The notes under the pieces are model-generated. The model saw only the letters and a program-made list of their open reading frames with translations, was not told where the DNA came from and made no database searches. The translations under genes were made by a program, and so were the position numbers. From positions 56,110,001-56,174,000 of the forward strand of contig OX597830.1 of NCBI GenBank assembly GCA_951406725.2: 64,000 bases of DNA, written 5' to 3'. Positions 23,143-35,404 of this stretch are shown here, piece after piece; position 1 is the stretch's first letter, and the number at the start of each line of letters is the position of its first letter. Source of the stretch: Octopus vulgaris. Lineage: Eukaryota.

Positions 23143-26100
23143 GTCAGTTGTCTTATCCATTTCATTTTCTAATACTTTTAGAAAAATTTGGACGTCCCCC
23201 ACCATTGTATCCACTTTTCTCTTTTTCTCTCATTCTCTTTTTATCTTTATTTTGTTTTTCTCTTTGTCTTACTCTTTCTCTCACTTACTCTTCCTTCTCC
23301 TTTTCTGTATTTCATCTCTTCATTTTCTAGATTTCCCTTTTCTCTCTCTCTTTCTTCACCCTCTTTTTCACAGTTTTTTTCCTCTGCCTCTCTCTCTCTC
23401 TTTCTTTCTTCACCCTCTTATTGTCTTTTTCTCTCTTTTTCCGGCCCTCTTCTCTCTCACTCATTAATCCTTCTCTCTTCTCATTTTCTTCGCCCACTTT
23501 TCTCTTCCTCCTATTTTACTCTCTTTCTTTTTCTTGTTATCTCTTATTTTTCTCCTTCTCTTTCTCTTCGCTCTCTTTTCTTTTACTCTCGCTTTCTCAA
23601 CAGACATATAAAGAAAGACAATAACTTCCTTGTTTCTTTGTTTTCATTTAACATCATTTTCACTTTCTCATTTTGTTTTCCCATTAGTTAATTAGTCTAT
23701 CGCACACACATTCTATCACTCTCTCTTGTCTTTCTCTTAGTTAATTAATTACTTTTTCTTTTCTTTTTGTTTTTCTCTCATTTAGCTTTCTCTGTTTTAC
23801 TTTCTTACTTTCGTAGTCGCCCTCCATGCTTCTCTCTTTCTCTCCTTTCCTACATAAATGTCTCTTTCTCTTCATTTCAATCTTCTTAATCAATCTACTT
23901 CTCTCTCTCTCTCTCCATTTTATCGATCTTTATTAGTTTTTTGCCTCTTTTTCTGTATAGTTGCTTAGCACATCCGTCTCTCTCACTTTCTTCCTTTCTC
24001 TTTGTCGGTCTCTCTTTTTAATTATTCTCTTTCTTTTTCCCGTCTCTCCTTCTCTCTCTCTCTCTCTCTCACACATAAGTGTCTCACTTTTTTTTTCTTC
24101 CCACCACTTTTTATTTATCTATTGATTTATCACTAGGAAACATAACAAACAACAGATAGATCAAAACCCGAAAAGAAAATACGTGATGCTATCCGTGCCT
24201 GGAATATTGTTCATTCGAATCTAAAGACCAAATTTCCTGTAACACTACATTGCCAATGTTAGTGATTTATAATTTAGGCTCAATACTCATTGTGGGGTGG
24301 GAACGTAATCGATTAAATCGAACACAATACTTGTACTTGACTTGCTCGTATTAATATCGACCGCGGAGTGATTTGAACTCAAAATGAAGGTAACTAAATT
24401 TTACAAAGAATTTAGTTCAGTGCTTTACCGATTTCTTAATGTCAGTATCAGAACTCTTTAAGGGAAATTTATTATCGTACCCAAGAGGAATAAAATGTGA
24501 AGTTAACTCCTCTGGGCTCCTGAATTCAGAACAGTCTCCGAAGTAAATACTCTAAGGACTTTGAAAGTTACTCTGGTGTCCCATCCCTTCTGTTGCCCAA
24601 CAACCCGTCAGATTATTATTGTTGCTGTTGTTGTTTGGTCCCAGGCCATCTCTGTGCAAGCAGACCGATGGCCAAAGGTCTTTCCAGTTTTACATATTTC
24701 ATCTTCTCTTGGGTTATCCCGAACTACATTAACGTATCATTTTTCCGTGAGTAGAGAGCTCATAGTTAATGCAGACATTCAGACCAGGTCCCGAGGCTTT
24801 AATAATAAAAAAAAAGGGAGTTTTAGCGCTTGGCGCTACACATCTACATTTGAATAATTAAATATACAAATAAACATATATATATATACACTCGCGCGCG
24901 CGCATACATGTACGCTCATAAACATACACAGGCTCTCGTCACGATCTCTGGCTTCTATATCGAGTGACCAAGTCAAAGGCTCACTAAAAATAAAACGTAT
25001 CTGCCACAGCTGGTTCGATTCACAATGTGACCACCAGAGATAATAACAGAAGTCGATGTAGGAGTCTCAACTACGAACATGGGGAACATTTTCGCTCACA
25101 TTATTATTATTTAATTTTAACCTGCCCGCGAGTGAAGTACCTTTATAGCCCATAAAAATAAAATAAAATTTTAAATGATTTCAGCTTCAAGGCGAAAGCA
25201 GTAATTCTATACAAATTTGTATATCAATGAATTTGTAAAATTAAAGATTCTTTTATTTTTCTCCATACAAGTATTTTGTCCCTGGCCCATAAAGGTTCCC
25301 CACCTCCCCTATACTAAACACACCATCGTTGACTTGCCGAAAATAGCGTCTCAGCTGCATGATTTAGGGCTCGTCCCACTACATTGCATTTTAGGCAAGT
25401 GTCTTCTACTATAGCCCAGGTTAACCAAAGCTTCTCAAGTGGGTTTCATAGATAGAAACTGAAAGAAGCCTGGCTTATAATACATACATATGTGCGCGCG
25501 TGTGTGCCAGTTAATATATTATCAGCCAGTTTGTCTACTTGTAACGAGGACGCACTACACGAGAAATGACCTCTTTTTTTAAGGTCTAAATGAATTTAGC
25601 ACTGCCAATCATTGATAAAGATAGTATTATGGTTTGTTTGAACGTTTTGTTATCATAATGCTATTGAAATACATTGCGTTGTTTCAGTTAATTTTCAAAA
25701 TAATGGGAAATTTATTAAAATATCTTTGTGGCCATGAAGCTGGTGTTTGGAATATAAATTAAAATAATGACGATAGGTCTGCTTAATGAAAAGGCCGAAC
25801 TGAAACTAAACAGCTATAACAAAACTACTGGAGTTTATGTAATGGAATCAACTAGACCTGAGATCAGTGTCCCTTCCCTGGAATACCCACTTTCTATAAG
25901 TTGTCACTATGGGTTCCCTCAGAAATAACGATAATTTGACTAATTTATACTGTAGATCCATTGGTAGTCTCATGTGGGTTAGTATATCAAAAGTATCAAT
26001 CTCTTATGAAATTTACTTTTATGAAAGGTAAATAAAAAGATTAATAATGACATATAGTAATTTTTGAGTGGAGGATCCCTTAGACATGGAATGAATTTCA

Positions 26101-26859
26101 AGGGTTCCCCAAGAATACAAAGGCAGGAAAATGCTGCCTTAGACGATCAAGTGGGACCTTAAATCAATATCTGGTCTTTATTTATATGGTAATATGGTAT
26201 CTACCATAAGAAGTCACAACTGGTTGATGATCTCCATATCAGACGTCTGTGATTGCCAAACACTATCAGCTTTTGCTTTTGTTTGCGATACTTTAGATTC
26301 ACGAGTTGGAGCTGGTTCAGCTCATCTAAGGTAATGCCAACATAAATACAAGGTGGATGCTCCAGCATGGCCAGAGTCCAGTCAGTGAAAGTTGTAAACT
26401 AATACAAAGAAACTTTCACATGTTGTCCAAATATTAAAAGGTCATATAAATACTTTATGATCTTTTCCTTGATTTCCCCCGAGATAATGAAATTATTGAT
26501 TAATTTCCGGAATAGATGGAAGAATGGACACTGAAGTGGACAGACTGCTATTGTTTAGCAGTGGAATTTATTTATTTATTTTTCTTTGGATGGTTCGTAT
26601 GACATGAACCAGAGCAAAGGGAAAGCTGGAGGAAGTAAGCAACTTCTACTCATTAACTGAGTTTGATGAGTTTACAGATGTAACCAACTGCATTATCTGA
26701 TCACCATGGTTATGGTTCTATTAAAACATCCTACGTTCCTGCTACTGGTAAGCTTGGTAGGTGGGAGGGGTGCACTATTGCATTCTCCTGGTTAACTGGA
26801 GTGACCACTCTTGTACAATCTTGGTAGTGATCATCTTGGGATGACCACTCATGTACTCT

Positions 26860-27235
26860 CCTGCAAGGAGTCAACTTGGAGTGGCCACTCTTGTACTCTC
26901 TCACCAGAGGCAACTTAGAGTGGCCACTCTTGTACTCTCCCACTTGTGGTGACTTAGAGTGGGCACTCTTTCACTTTCCCACACGTGGAAACTTAGAGTG
27001 GTCACTCTTGCACTCTTCCACTAGTGGCAACTTAGAATGGGCACTCTTTTATTCTCCCACATGTAGCAACTTAAAGTGGTCACTCTTGTACTCTCCCACT
27101 AGAGGCGACTTAGAGTGGTCACTCTTGCACTCTCCCACTAGTAGTAACTTAGAGTGGTTACACTTGTACTCTCTCACAAGTGGCAACTTAGAGTGGTCAC
27201 TCTTCTACTGTTCTGCTAGGGGTCAACTCACTTGT
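26860..27235 (+). repeat. 39-bp minisatellite, about 9-10 units with degenerate flanks
   Basis: Unit approx. ggcaacttagagtggtcactcttgtactctcccactaga; explains the 13-aa periodic ORF 26876..27244. Confidence 0.9.
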
Positions 27236-27458
27236 TGCTCTTGAACTCTCCTGCAAATGGTCAGCTTAAGGTCACCACACTCGTACACTCCTACTAGGGA
27301 TGACTGCATCTGCATGTCCATGCTGGTGGTTAAATTAAACTGACAACACTTGTACTCCTCCACTGGTGGTTGATTTAGTAGGAGTACACTTAAACTCTTC
27401 TAGTAGCACATTCTTGATAAAAGAGGGATTGAACCAAACCATCTTTGTCTTCATCATT

Positions 27459-27684
27459 ATATGTGTATTATTCCAATATCCTTTGAGTAAAATCCAAAAG
27501 TCCAACAGAGTTTAATATGAGTCCATCCAAATGTAAAGTTTATAAGCAATGTAAGATTCTACTGGGAAGGACCAACTTTAAGAGAATCTTACATTACTTA
27601 TAAGCTTTACATCTGGATGGACTCATATTAAACTCTGTTGGACTTTTGGATTTTACTCAAAGGATATTGGAATATTACACATAT
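27459..27684. repeat. ~225-bp hairpin/foldback (~100-bp arms, ~20-nt loop)
   Basis: attccaatatcctttgagtaaaatccaaaagtccaacagagtttaatatgagtccatcc... and its reverse complement. Confidence 0.9.
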
Positions 27685-28059
27685 ATACCATTATGCCTCT
27701 TCATCATTACATTAATGTCTGCTTGATTGCAATAGTAATGAAGGAGAGGAAAGGGCATTGGTGATGACAATGATAATGTTGATAAGGAGTGGAAGAGGTT
27801 TTAGCATGGGGCTGTCAGTAATAATGTTGATAATGATGATGAAGAAGAGGTGGTTGTGGGGTGAGAGTGATAATGTTTGTAATGATGAAGACGAAGACGT
27901 GTGGGATAAGAATGATAATGTTGATAGTAATGATGAAGAGGAGGTTGTGGTGTAGATGACTGATAATGTCAATAATAATTGGAGAGGAAGGAGTGGAGGT
28001 GATGACGTTAAATTTTCATAATGATGAAGAGGATATGTACCAATAATGATAGTGATGGC

Positions 28060-28480
28060 TATGTTATGCCTCCATTCATCTCACACTCAACACGGAGGCC
28101 TCCATCAAGGTCCTGGAGGAGGTCGTGCTGTCCTGGGTCAAGAGGGTGGCTGCTGGAAGACCCTACATCTGGCAACAGGACTATGCACCATGCAGGAGAA
28201 CCCAGTCATGTTTGTCAGATAATTTCTGCGACCACATCACCCCTAACATCTGGCCACTTAACTCTCCTGACTGCAACTCCCTTGATTATTATGTATGGAG
28301 TGCAGTTGAGTGAGAGATCAACAAAACTCCTTGTAACACCAAATGATGAACTAAAGCAAGGATTATGACAGCATTCACCAGCTTAAACAAGGAGACCATC
28401 CAAAAGAGTTGCAGGAGATTCTGAAATTGTCTGGAGGCGGTTGTTGAAGCCAATGGCGATTTTATTGAATAAATTTACTC
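28060..28480 (+). mobile_element. Tc1/mariner transposase C-terminal relic
   Basis: WQQDYAPC..TPNIWPLNSPDCNSLDYYVWSAVE. Confidence 0.8.
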
Positions 28481-28657
28481 ATTAGTATTTCAAGATTTCA
28501 AGATATTTTTATGTAATTTTGCTAACTATATCTGTTAAAATGAGATGTCTGTTATTTTCATAATTTAGATGACAGTTTACTCACTGCCCTTTGTATATAT
28601 ATATATATATGATATAAATAACACTCACACACATACACACACACACACATTTATATA

Positions 28658-28972
28658 TCTCTCTCTATATAAACGGCAGTTTGTCTGTGCGTCTTTCTGT
28701 GTGTCTGTTTTCTCGTACCCTCACCCTGACCACGGCTTTCAACCGATTCTGATGAAACTTGACACACACATAGCCCAATGTCATAATTCAAAACTAACGC
28801 AGCGAAAATTTTGAAAAGTTCCCCCAGTTCTGAAAAAATCGATAAATTCGACATGGGGTCGAGAATCAGGAATACGAACCACAAACTGTCTAGGGGACGC
28901 AACTCCACCTTTTTTAAATCTCAAAAAAAAATTTATCATCATTTTTTTCCTGTTTTTTGGCTATAACTCCCT
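28658..28972 (+). mobile_element. Helitron-type 5' fragment
   Basis: TCTCTCTCTATATAAACGGCAG...ctgtgtgtctg...aaccgattctgatgaaacttg resembles the 5' end of copy 1; no CTAG 3' end. Confidence 0.6.
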
Positions 28973-29041
28973 ATATATGATATAAATAACACTCACACAC
29001 ATACACACACACACACATTTATATATATATATATATATACA

Positions 29042-29417
29042 CATATATGCATATATGGGTACAGGACGTCACCAACAGTAAACAAAATGAAATACTAAAG
29101 CAAATGAGTTCAATTTGTTTGTGTTCAGTTTCCTTGTATGTTTCCACTGTCCTGTTTTTGTTTCCAAATTTGATCCTCCATAAATTTCAAATTTTATTTT
29201 GGTACTTATGGGAGCAACTGTCTTCAAAGATTCATATTGTCGTTCAATGCTCGAAATGAGGAGTAGATAGACAGCTGACAACTGATGAAGGGCCGTTCTT
29301 TGTGTTACTTGTCTTGTTTTCCATTTGTTTCTTTTGTTGTTTGTGCATTGAACTCATTTGGTCTCGTATTTCACGTTGTTTACTGTTGGTGATGTCCTGT
29401 ACCCATATACGCATGTG

Positions 29418-29421
<4 letters not shown>
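29042..29421. repeat. Foldback element with ~70-bp inverted arms, inserted in (TA)n
   Basis: atgggtacaggacgtcaccaacagtaaacaa...aaatgagttcaat versus attgaactcattt...ttgtttactgttggtgatgtcctgtacccat. Confidence 0.8.
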
Positions 29422-29460
<39 letters not shown>

Positions 29461-30659
29461 TATATTATTACTTGATTGAACGTCACGCATCCATTTCCAA
29501 GTATATATATATATATATATATATATATACTTGACTACCTATGACCTGTTGGGTCACCGAAAAAGTTTCCCAGCAATGGAGTTTTGTTTTGTGGGGTTTT
29601 TTTCCTTTTCCAGGTTATTTCACATGCTTTCAAAGAATGTGACATCGAAATCACGCATAGACGGCTCCTTTGAAAGATTTGGCTGTTATTTCTTGCACGT
29701 CCTGCTACTATGTAACAGGTATTTTGAGTCCTTTATCACAAATAGCTGTTACATGGTAGCAGGGCGTACTAGAAATAGCAGCTGAATCTTTGGCAGTGGG
29801 ATATGTTGAATGCACTTGACAAAATCCTCTGGAAAAAAAATATATTTCACAACAAGGTTATGAATAGGTCTTTTACGAAATATTTACCGTATTTTTAAAG
29901 TCGTTTTCACTTAAAAATATTTTTTGAATATGCCAAAAAATTTTTGTAATGGTATTTGCTTGAAAATGATTTTAAAAAAATATTAAAATATTGTCTGTTT
30001 AAAGAAAGCTAAAATATAAATACTTACTGTACAAACAACTTACATTTTTGAAATCACATTCACTTAGAAATATTTCTAAATGATTAAAATATTGTGTTTA
30101 ACAAAAGTGAAAATAGAAACATTTACTGTAAGAAACAATTCGTATTTTTTTGTTAAGTTTAATTTGGGAATATTTTCCCATTTTGCACCATTTTGGGTAT
30201 TTATACCCCGAAAACCCTTATCTTCACAGCCACTTGTTTCATTTATGTGAAATTTGTTTTATTCCGTTCGTATTTACATTTCAGAGGTAACTTAATTCAT
30301 AGTATTTTCTGCACTATGTGCCAGTTTGGCTGGGTAACATTGCAAGCAAGCAAGATTCAAGCTGACTTTTAACATATTGTAGATTTATATATATATATAT
30401 ATATATATGGAGGAGCACCAAAATCTTTTATGTGTTTAGGGCTTCTATGGGCTTTAATCTGGCCCTGATGAGAGAGATGTGCACACTGACAATTTTACAT
30501 CCAATGAAGCCTTCTTGCTTTGTCTTTCTAGTCTTCACAGGTCCTCTGCATTTAGAGTCCATGTTCCTCTACCCTGTAACATTACTGTTCATAAACAAGA
30601 GTTATACGATCTGCCTTTCACTTAGAGAGAAGCCTTTTGTTACCAACAGAGGTTATAGC

Positions 30660-31024
30660 AAAGAATTTTGCCAACATAACATGGCAGTCCTGGTTTAGAA
30701 CGAATGTTGCTGTAATTTTGTCCCAGGCGACATCATCTCCAGCTGGCTATACGACACGATTTGTGTCCTTTATATTTTTGAACAAGGGACTCTAGCACCC
30801 CCACTCAGCTCAAAACAATATCTGTGTATCGCGATTTCCGGGTTGTTTCCCTTCATCAGCACAGAATAATCGTTTGGCTAGAGGTGTCACTGCCAAATTC
30901 CCATATATAAGGACACAAATCATGTTGTATAGCCAGCTGGAGACGATGTCTCCTGGGGCTAAATTACAGTAACATTCATCCTAAACCAGGACTGCTATGT
31001 TATGTTGGCAAACAATCTTTACTC
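30660..31024 (-). mobile_element. Foldback element (~110-bp inverted arms) carrying a hammerhead motif; Penelope-like derivative
   Basis: Arms at about 30667-30775 and 30905-31024 are reverse complements; same family as 51871-52420. Confidence 0.7.
30821..30865 (-). ncRNA. Candidate minimal type-I hammerhead ribozyme
   Basis: Minus strand reads TCTGTG-CTGATGA-A-GGG-AAACAA-CCC-G-GAAA-TCGCGA-TA-CACAGA: stem I, CUGAUGA core, stem II, GAAA, palindromic stem III, NUH site. The base of stem II is an A.G mismatch. Confidence 0.65.
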
Positions 31025-31465
31025 TAAAGTACTGTTGCTGAATATCTCTCGTTGTGAGATTTACAAATAGTAATTTTCTAATTTATAGAGGTTATAGCTC
31101 TCTGAACTTTCTTCACTCTGTTCTTTCCCCATCTGTCATGCTTTGAGGATATATACCACTGCTAATTAGGTCAACATCCTCTTGTGCCTCTCCCACATAC
31201 AAATACACCTTTCTCTTTTTACCTGTATATAATTACATTTCACCTATTGTGTGTCCATAGTTTGCATTGGATTCACCATATTGAATTTCTACTGGCTTCT
31301 TTTTTTATATACTGAGCAAAGCCATTTCCCTGATGGTAACAGGGTCTTGTCTGTTTTCTAGCTAATATTTTAACCCTTGCCAAGTTAACATTGAGGCCCT
31401 TTGATTAGAGGTTTTGCTTCTATATCTGGAATTTCTTCTGTAATAGCTCCTGTAGATTCAGCTAT

Positions 31466-31769
31466 GTGGAGGCACATGGCCTAGTGGTTAGAGCAGTGGA
31501 CTCGCGGTCGAGGGATCATGGGTTCGAATCTCAGACCAGACGATGTGTGTGTTTATGAGCGAAACACCTAAGCTCCACGTGGCTCCGGCAGAAGGTAATG
31601 GCAAACTTCTGCTGACTCTTTCGCCACAACTTTCTCTCACTCTTTCCTCCTGAATCTTGCAGCTCACCTGTGATGGACCGGCGTCCCGTCCAGGTGGGGA
31701 ACCTATACGCCAAGAAACCGGGAAACCGGCCCTTATGAACCAGGCATGGCTCGAGAAGGAACAAACAAC
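31466..31769 (+). mobile_element. tRNA-derived SINE with TSD TCAGCTAT
   Basis: Box A tggcctagtggttag; box B ggttcgaatc; (aac)n tail. Confidence 0.8.
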
Positions 31770-32265
31770 TCAGCTATAAGAATGAAGCCATCAATATGTT
31801 GTTGTTTCCATGGGGAACCAGTCTTAAACTCCTCTGTAATGGCCTGAGAGTCTGTGATAAATAGAAAGAGACTAAGCGCTAAGCCCTTGTAGAATGTGTG
31901 TGTGTCTATGGCTGCACATACGTTGTGTACTGCACCTTTGCAGTTCAAAAAATAACAAGTGATAAAATAACTACTAAACCGAAATTAGGGTTTATATGAT
32001 TGACTAAACCCTTTCTGGTGGTGTCCTACTATTACTGAAACTAGTGAAAGAATAAACTAGAATTGAAATTGCAAAATTCTTATTTATCTAGGCCCATTGC
32101 TAGACTCTGGTACCTGGGGGTGCTTCAAAATATTCTGGGTGGAACACTAATTTATAGTAATATTCAAGCGGAATTTCGTAAGTGTATCACTGTAAATCTA
32201 AGGGTGTACCACTGAATACTGAGGGAGCAGTGCTTTCTAGTGCACCCCCTTAGCAATGGGCTTGT

Positions 32266-32780
32266 CATCATCATCATCATCATCATTTAACGTCCGTTTT
32301 CCATGCTAGCATGGGTTGGACGGTTCGACCAGGGTCTGGTAAGCCATGGAGGCTGCACCAGGCTCCAGTCTAGTTTGGCAGTTTCTACAGCTGGATGCCC
32401 TTCCTAACATCAACCACTCTGTGAGTGTAGTGGGTGCTTATTACGTGCTACCGGCACAGGGGCCAGAGGAGGCTGGCAAATGGCCACAATTAGTTGGTGC
32501 TTTTACGTGTCACCGACATGGATGCCAGTCAGGCAGCACTGGCATCTGCCACGTTTGGACGGTACTTTTTACGTGTCACCAGCACGGGTGTCTTAACTAC
32601 AATTTCCATTTGATTTTTATTTTGATGTTGGTGTTGACGTACTTGACTCAATAGGTCTCCCCGAGAACAGCAGGTCACTCTACGATCAAAGGTTAGCACA
32701 GAAGGCCTCACTTCATTTGTTGGGTCTTCACAGTCACAGCATATCTCAGGGGTCTCGGTTTTTGTCATTTCCATATCCTT
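32266..32780 (-). mobile_element. RTE LINE 3' tail copy (minus strand)
   Basis: (cat)n followed by ttaacgtccgttttccatgctagcatggg..., the reverse complement of the family tail. Confidence 0.8.
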
Positions 32781-32844
32781 GTATTCATCATAATTTATTT
32801 TTTAAACAATGATTAAAATTTTCACTTTTTTGTTCTGTTTCCAG

Positions 32845-33091
32845 GTTGGCATTCTCAGACACCATTGCACAAGGCATCTCTTGGAGGTGACTGGACTATA
32901 ATCTACCTACTTTTGGAGGCAGGTGCTGACCCAAACATGTGCAATGACTTCGATGAAACACCTCTGCACTATGTGTGCCGTCGTGGAATTGCGTCCAATG
33001 TACACCTAATGTTACAACATAATGCAGACATCCAGCTGACAGACAAGCAAGGACGTTCAGTTGTGCACCATGCTGCACAAAGTGGAAGTGT
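32845..33091 (+). CDS. Ankyrin-DHHC exon 2 (ankyrin repeats TPLHKAS, TPLHYVC, SVVHHAA)
   Basis: Acceptor ttccAG|GT; canonical TPLH ankyrin motifs; donor GT|GTGCGT gives the phase 2 that exon 3 needs. Confidence 0.92.
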
Positions 33092-33146
33092 GTGCGTATG
33101 AAATTTTTGTTTTTTATTGCACTTATAATACTGTATTATTATTAAA

Positions 33147-33548
33147 GCACCATCCGTTCGTGTCCGTTGCCAGCCTCGCCTGGCCCCCATGCCGGTGGCA
33201 CGTAGCACCATCCGTTCATGGCCGTTGCCAGCCTCGCCTGGCCCCCGTGCCGGTGGCACATAGCACCATCCATTCATGGCCGTTGCCAGCCTCGCCTGGA
33301 CCCCGTGCCGGTGGCACGTAAAAGCACCATCCGTTCGTGGCCGTTTTCCAGCTCCGTCTGGCACCTGTGCGGGTGGCACATAAAAAGCACCCACTACACT
33401 CACGGAGTGGTTGGCATTAGGAAGGGCATCCAGCCGTAGAAACACTGCCAGATCAGACTGGGCCTGATCAGCCTTCTGGCTTCACAGACCCCAGTTGAAC
33501 CGTCCAACCCATGCTAGCATGGAAAGCGGACGCTAAATGATGATGATC
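33147..33548 (+). mobile_element. RTE LINE 3' tail copy with four ~57-bp tandem subrepeats
   Basis: agcaccatccgttcgtggccgttgccagcctcgcctggccccgtgccggtggcacgt-type unit repeated; (gat)n tail. Confidence 0.85.
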
Positions 33549-33844
33549 ATGATTATTATTATTATTATTCTGAGGTCAACTTTGCCTTTCATCCTTTTGG
33601 GGTCAATAAATTAAGTACCAGTAAACCACTGGTGTTGATGTAATCGACTAGTCCCCTCTCCCAACAATTCAGGCCTTGTGCCTTTAGTAGAAAGGATTAT
33701 TATTATTCTGAGTTCAAATTCCACCGAGGTCAACTTTGCCTTTCATCCGTTCAATAAAATAAGTACCAGTTGAACACTAGGGTTGATGAAATTGACTTAT
33801 TCTCTCTCTGAAATTGCTGGCCTTGTGCTAAAATTTGAAACCAT

Positions 33845-34960
33845 TGACGGGTAAATTGCCTAGTTTGGATGGTCTACCCTATGAGCTTTACATTTACATG
33901 CCAGATTATTTTGGCGACCTCTTAGCATTTACTGTAACCAGCAACAGAATGAGAGAATTCCCAGTTTTGTGAACCAAGGAGCAGTGGTGTTGCTGAAGAA
34001 AGACCCAAACAAGGGGTATTTTATTGACAACTGTTAAATGCAGGGTTCAAAATTTTGGCCAAGGTGTTAGCTACAACATTGGTGCTTGTCGTCAGGGATC
34101 TGGTAGGGGAGGCACAGACATACGTCATCATGAAAAGATCCATCCATGACAACCTCTACCTCATGCAATACATCATTGAGAAAGTGGCTAAAGAACCTGG
34201 CATGGGTGGGGTCCTGATCAATTTAGATCAGTCTAAAGCTTTCAATAGGGTCAACCATCTATACCTCAAGATAGCTAGTTTTGGGCCTGTATTAAAGGGC
34301 TGGATCACTGCAATGCACATCAACATCTGTTCAGTGGTCAGAGTGAACAGTCACCTCTCAGAACCGTTCAACATCATGCGCTTGGTCCGATAAAGTTGCC
34401 CCCTCTCGTCTCTCTTGTATGTACTGACTCTTGAGCCACTACTACACAAACTGGAGGCATTGAGGGGTATCCCATGTGACCAAAGATGTGGGAGATGCGT
34501 GTTGGCATGTGCTGATGATGTCACCATAGTGGTGTTAGATCATAAACACATAGAAATGATCAACCCTGCTCTCAGAGACTATGAGGTGGTTTCAGGAGTA
34601 ATGATTAACCAGGAAAAATCAGTAAGCTTGCGGATCAGCACCTGGAGAAGCAAGTGCATGCCATCCGACTGTGTTGTTGGATGCTGGACGGACAGACCGG
34701 TTAAATTGCTCAGGGTCTGGCTCAGTCTTGACCTCCAGATGGACAAAAACTGGGATGAAGTAACGAGCGGGGTTGACTACTTTCATCTAGAAATGGGCTG
34801 AGAGAAAGCTATCCCTGAAAGGTCAGGCAGTGGTGACTAACGTGTATATCATGTCCATCATCCACTATTGCTTGACTCTCGTGCCTTGTTCTGAGCACTG
34901 TCCGATTATACTGGAGCATAAACTCTTCCACTTCTTGTAGAAGGGACAGGTCCTGACAGT
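33845..34960 (+). mobile_element. Decayed L1/Tx1-clade LINE reverse transcriptase fragment
   Basis: GLDGLPYELY, RSIHDNL, NLDQSKAFNRVNH, LTLEPLL and CADDVT motifs, with stops and frameshifts. Confidence 0.85.
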
Positions 34961-35076
34961 GAAATATATCACGTATAGTACCTACATATAGCTCAGTAGA
35001 CTGGGTTGTTGATAGTCTAGTGTCTTCTTATTACATTCAAGTATGCAGTGTATCTTTTCTAAAAAGCAGGCTATAT

Positions 35077-35360
35077 CATCATCATCATTTAATGTCCATT
35101 TTCCGTGCTAGCACGGGTTGGACGGTTCAACCGGGGTCTGGGAAGCCAGAAGGCTGCACCAGGCTCCAGTCTCATCTGGCAGTGTTTCTACAGCTGGATG
35201 CTCTTCCTAACGCCAACCACTCCGTGAGTGTAGTGGGTGCTTTTTACGTACCAGGGGAAGCTGGCAGCAGCCACGATCGGTTGGTGCTTTTTACGTGCCA
35301 CCGGCACAGAAGCCAGTCAAGGCAGCGCTGGCATCGGCCACGTTCGGATGGTGCTTTTTA
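35077..35360 (-). mobile_element. RTE LINE 3' tail copy (minus strand)
   Basis: Reverse complement of the family tail, directly upstream of the exon 3 acceptor. Confidence 0.8.
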
Positions 35361-35404
35361 GTGACCTTGTTGTTACTGGGTTTTCTTTGCTCTCTCTCTT
35401 GTAG

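Noticed and set aside
23143-23691. F/L/S-rich hydrophobic ORFs resembling membrane proteins
   Set aside because: CT-rich intronic low-complexity tract after the exon 1 donor.
26860-27235. CRISPR-like array of palindromic repeats
   Set aside because: Eukaryotic context, no unique spacers, no cas genes; it is a tandem minisatellite.
31466-31545. tRNA gene (A and B boxes); similar heads at 5083 and 11096
   Set aside because: No closed acceptor stem; continues into a SINE body with tail and TSD.
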